Of a DNA stretch of 64,000 bases, positions 63,394 through 64,000 are shown in pieces. The stretch covers positions 6,063 to 70,062 of the forward strand of contig JAFQBT010000094.1 of assembly GCA_017399625.1 (NCBI GenBank), read 5' to 3'. The notes under the pieces are model-generated. The model was not told the DNA's origin. It ran no database searches and saw nothing but the letters and a program-made list of their open reading frames with translations. The number at the start of each line of letters is the position of its first letter. The stretch's first letter is position 1. The DNA is from Oscillospiraceae bacterium. GTDB taxonomy: Bacteria > Bacillota > Clostridia > Oscillospirales > Ruminococcaceae. A program made the position numbers and the translations under genes.

Positions 63394-63987
63394 TCAAAAT
63401 TCAAGGTCTATGGAATTATCTTTATCTTTTTCAAAATCCTCTTCGGAAAGCAAGCCGTCGCGTTTGCAGGCAATGGTCATTGCCTCAATTTCCACGGTAA
63501 GATCGAGCATATCTCCGCTAAAAAGGCTTTTATATTGCTTTTCAAAAGCAATTTTCATATCATCAAGGTGCTCAAGAACTTTCCGCACCATATCTTCGGA
63601 AGCCACTTCGTTCTTTTCAATACGTTCATATTTTTCGATAATCGAACCGAAGGTCGGAAGATAATAGGTGAAAAACTGGCGTTTTTTCTGCATAAGTTCC
63701 GGCTTTTGGCGAAGGACCCCAAGAATTTTATCCGCGCCGGAACATACCTTTATTCCGCTGTTTTTAACCGCGGTGTTTTTGATGCTCATAACATTTCTTC
63801 GAATGCTCATAACTTTGTTTCTTCCGTCGGAAATAATTCTGTTTGCCTTTGCTTTTGCGGTTTCTTCCTCGCCGGGTTTCGGTTTTCTGAATGCAAAATA
63901 TATAACCGCCCCGATGAGCACCAGAATAAGCGCAATTATTATTCCGATTATCCAAAGCAAAACCGTAAAAAGCGACGGAAAGAACAT
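63394..63987 (-). CDS. xpaC: XpaC-like (5-bromo-4-chloroindolyl phosphate hydrolysis family) membrane protein
   Basis: 197 aa with an N-terminal TM. FFTYYLPTFGSIIEKYERIE matches the XpaC-family core as I recall it. The start is 13 nt from the window edge. Confidence 0.65.
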   Translation of the reverse strand: MFFPSLFTVLLWIIGIIIALILVLIGAVIYFAFRKPKPGEEETAKAKANRIISDGRNKVMSIRRNVMSIKNTAVKNSGIKVCSGADKILGVLRQKPELMQKKRQFFTYYLPTFGSIIEKYERIEKNEVASEDMVRKVLEHLDDMKIAFEKQYKSLFSGDMLDLTVEIEAMTIACKRDGLLSEEDFEKDKDNSIDLEF

Positions 63988-64000
63988 TTTTGCAGCTATG

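Noticed and set aside
1-64000. Looked for CRISPR arrays, IS elements or transposases, prophage genes, toxin-antitoxin pairs and known defence-system signatures.
   Set aside because: I found no spaced direct repeats, no transposase-like ORFs, and no restriction, Abi, CBASS or Gabija-type domains in any credible ORF. The window is dominated by core genes.

Overview
This is a chromosomal segment from a spore-forming Clostridia-type Firmicute. A type-I dockerin protein hints at a cellulosome-bearing Ruminococcus-like organism (inference only). About 90% of the window codes for conserved housekeeping blocks. Blocks 1-6: (1) spoIIIAB-AH; (2) nusB, a TsaD-like gene, xseA, xseB, ispA, dxs, tlyA, nadK, argR, recN; (3) a Tyr T-box leader, two unknown ORFs, tyrS and another unknown ORF; (4) a nucleotide-loop cobalamin operon: small membrane ORF, cobT, cobU, cobS, mini-cobU, cobC; (5) an ECF sigma/anti-sigma pair, a TIM-barrel gene, tRNA-Val(UAC), a methyltransferase and a YerC-like gene; (6) cwlD, radA, an unknown ORF, a Xer-type recombinase and spoIIM. 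Blocks 7-12: (7) the SCIFF peptide and its radical-SAM maturase next to yajC-tgt and queA, interrupted by an XRE regulator plus a rubredoxin gene that the ORF track misses; (8) asd-dapA; (9) a divergent cluster of a membrane-anchored PstS-like binding protein plus lipoprotein facing a 1198-aa double-FtsX permease plus ATPase; (10) nudix, engB, lon, clpX, clpP, tig; (11) a metallophosphoesterase, thrC, a dipeptidase, yraN, rnhB, rbgA; (12) a surface/envelope block: transglutaminase-dockerin protein, two lipoproteins, cinA-C, an SPFH-like zinc-ribbon protein, mscS, a protein of nine tandem His-Cys3 modules, and xpaC. I saw no CRISPR array, IS element, prophage or recognisable defence system. The unusual points are small-scale. 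They are a tyrosine T-box cut off from tyrS by two A/T-rich orphan ORFs, a boxA-plus-terminator leader in front of nusB, a strongly over-represented heptamer (GTGCTCA/TGAGCAC) that also builds terminator stems, a recombining His-Cys3 repeat protein, and the divergent ABC cluster. The many long ORFs antisense to real genes (up to 1003 aa) are codon-phase artefacts. All homology calls come from motif recognition by eye, not from searches.
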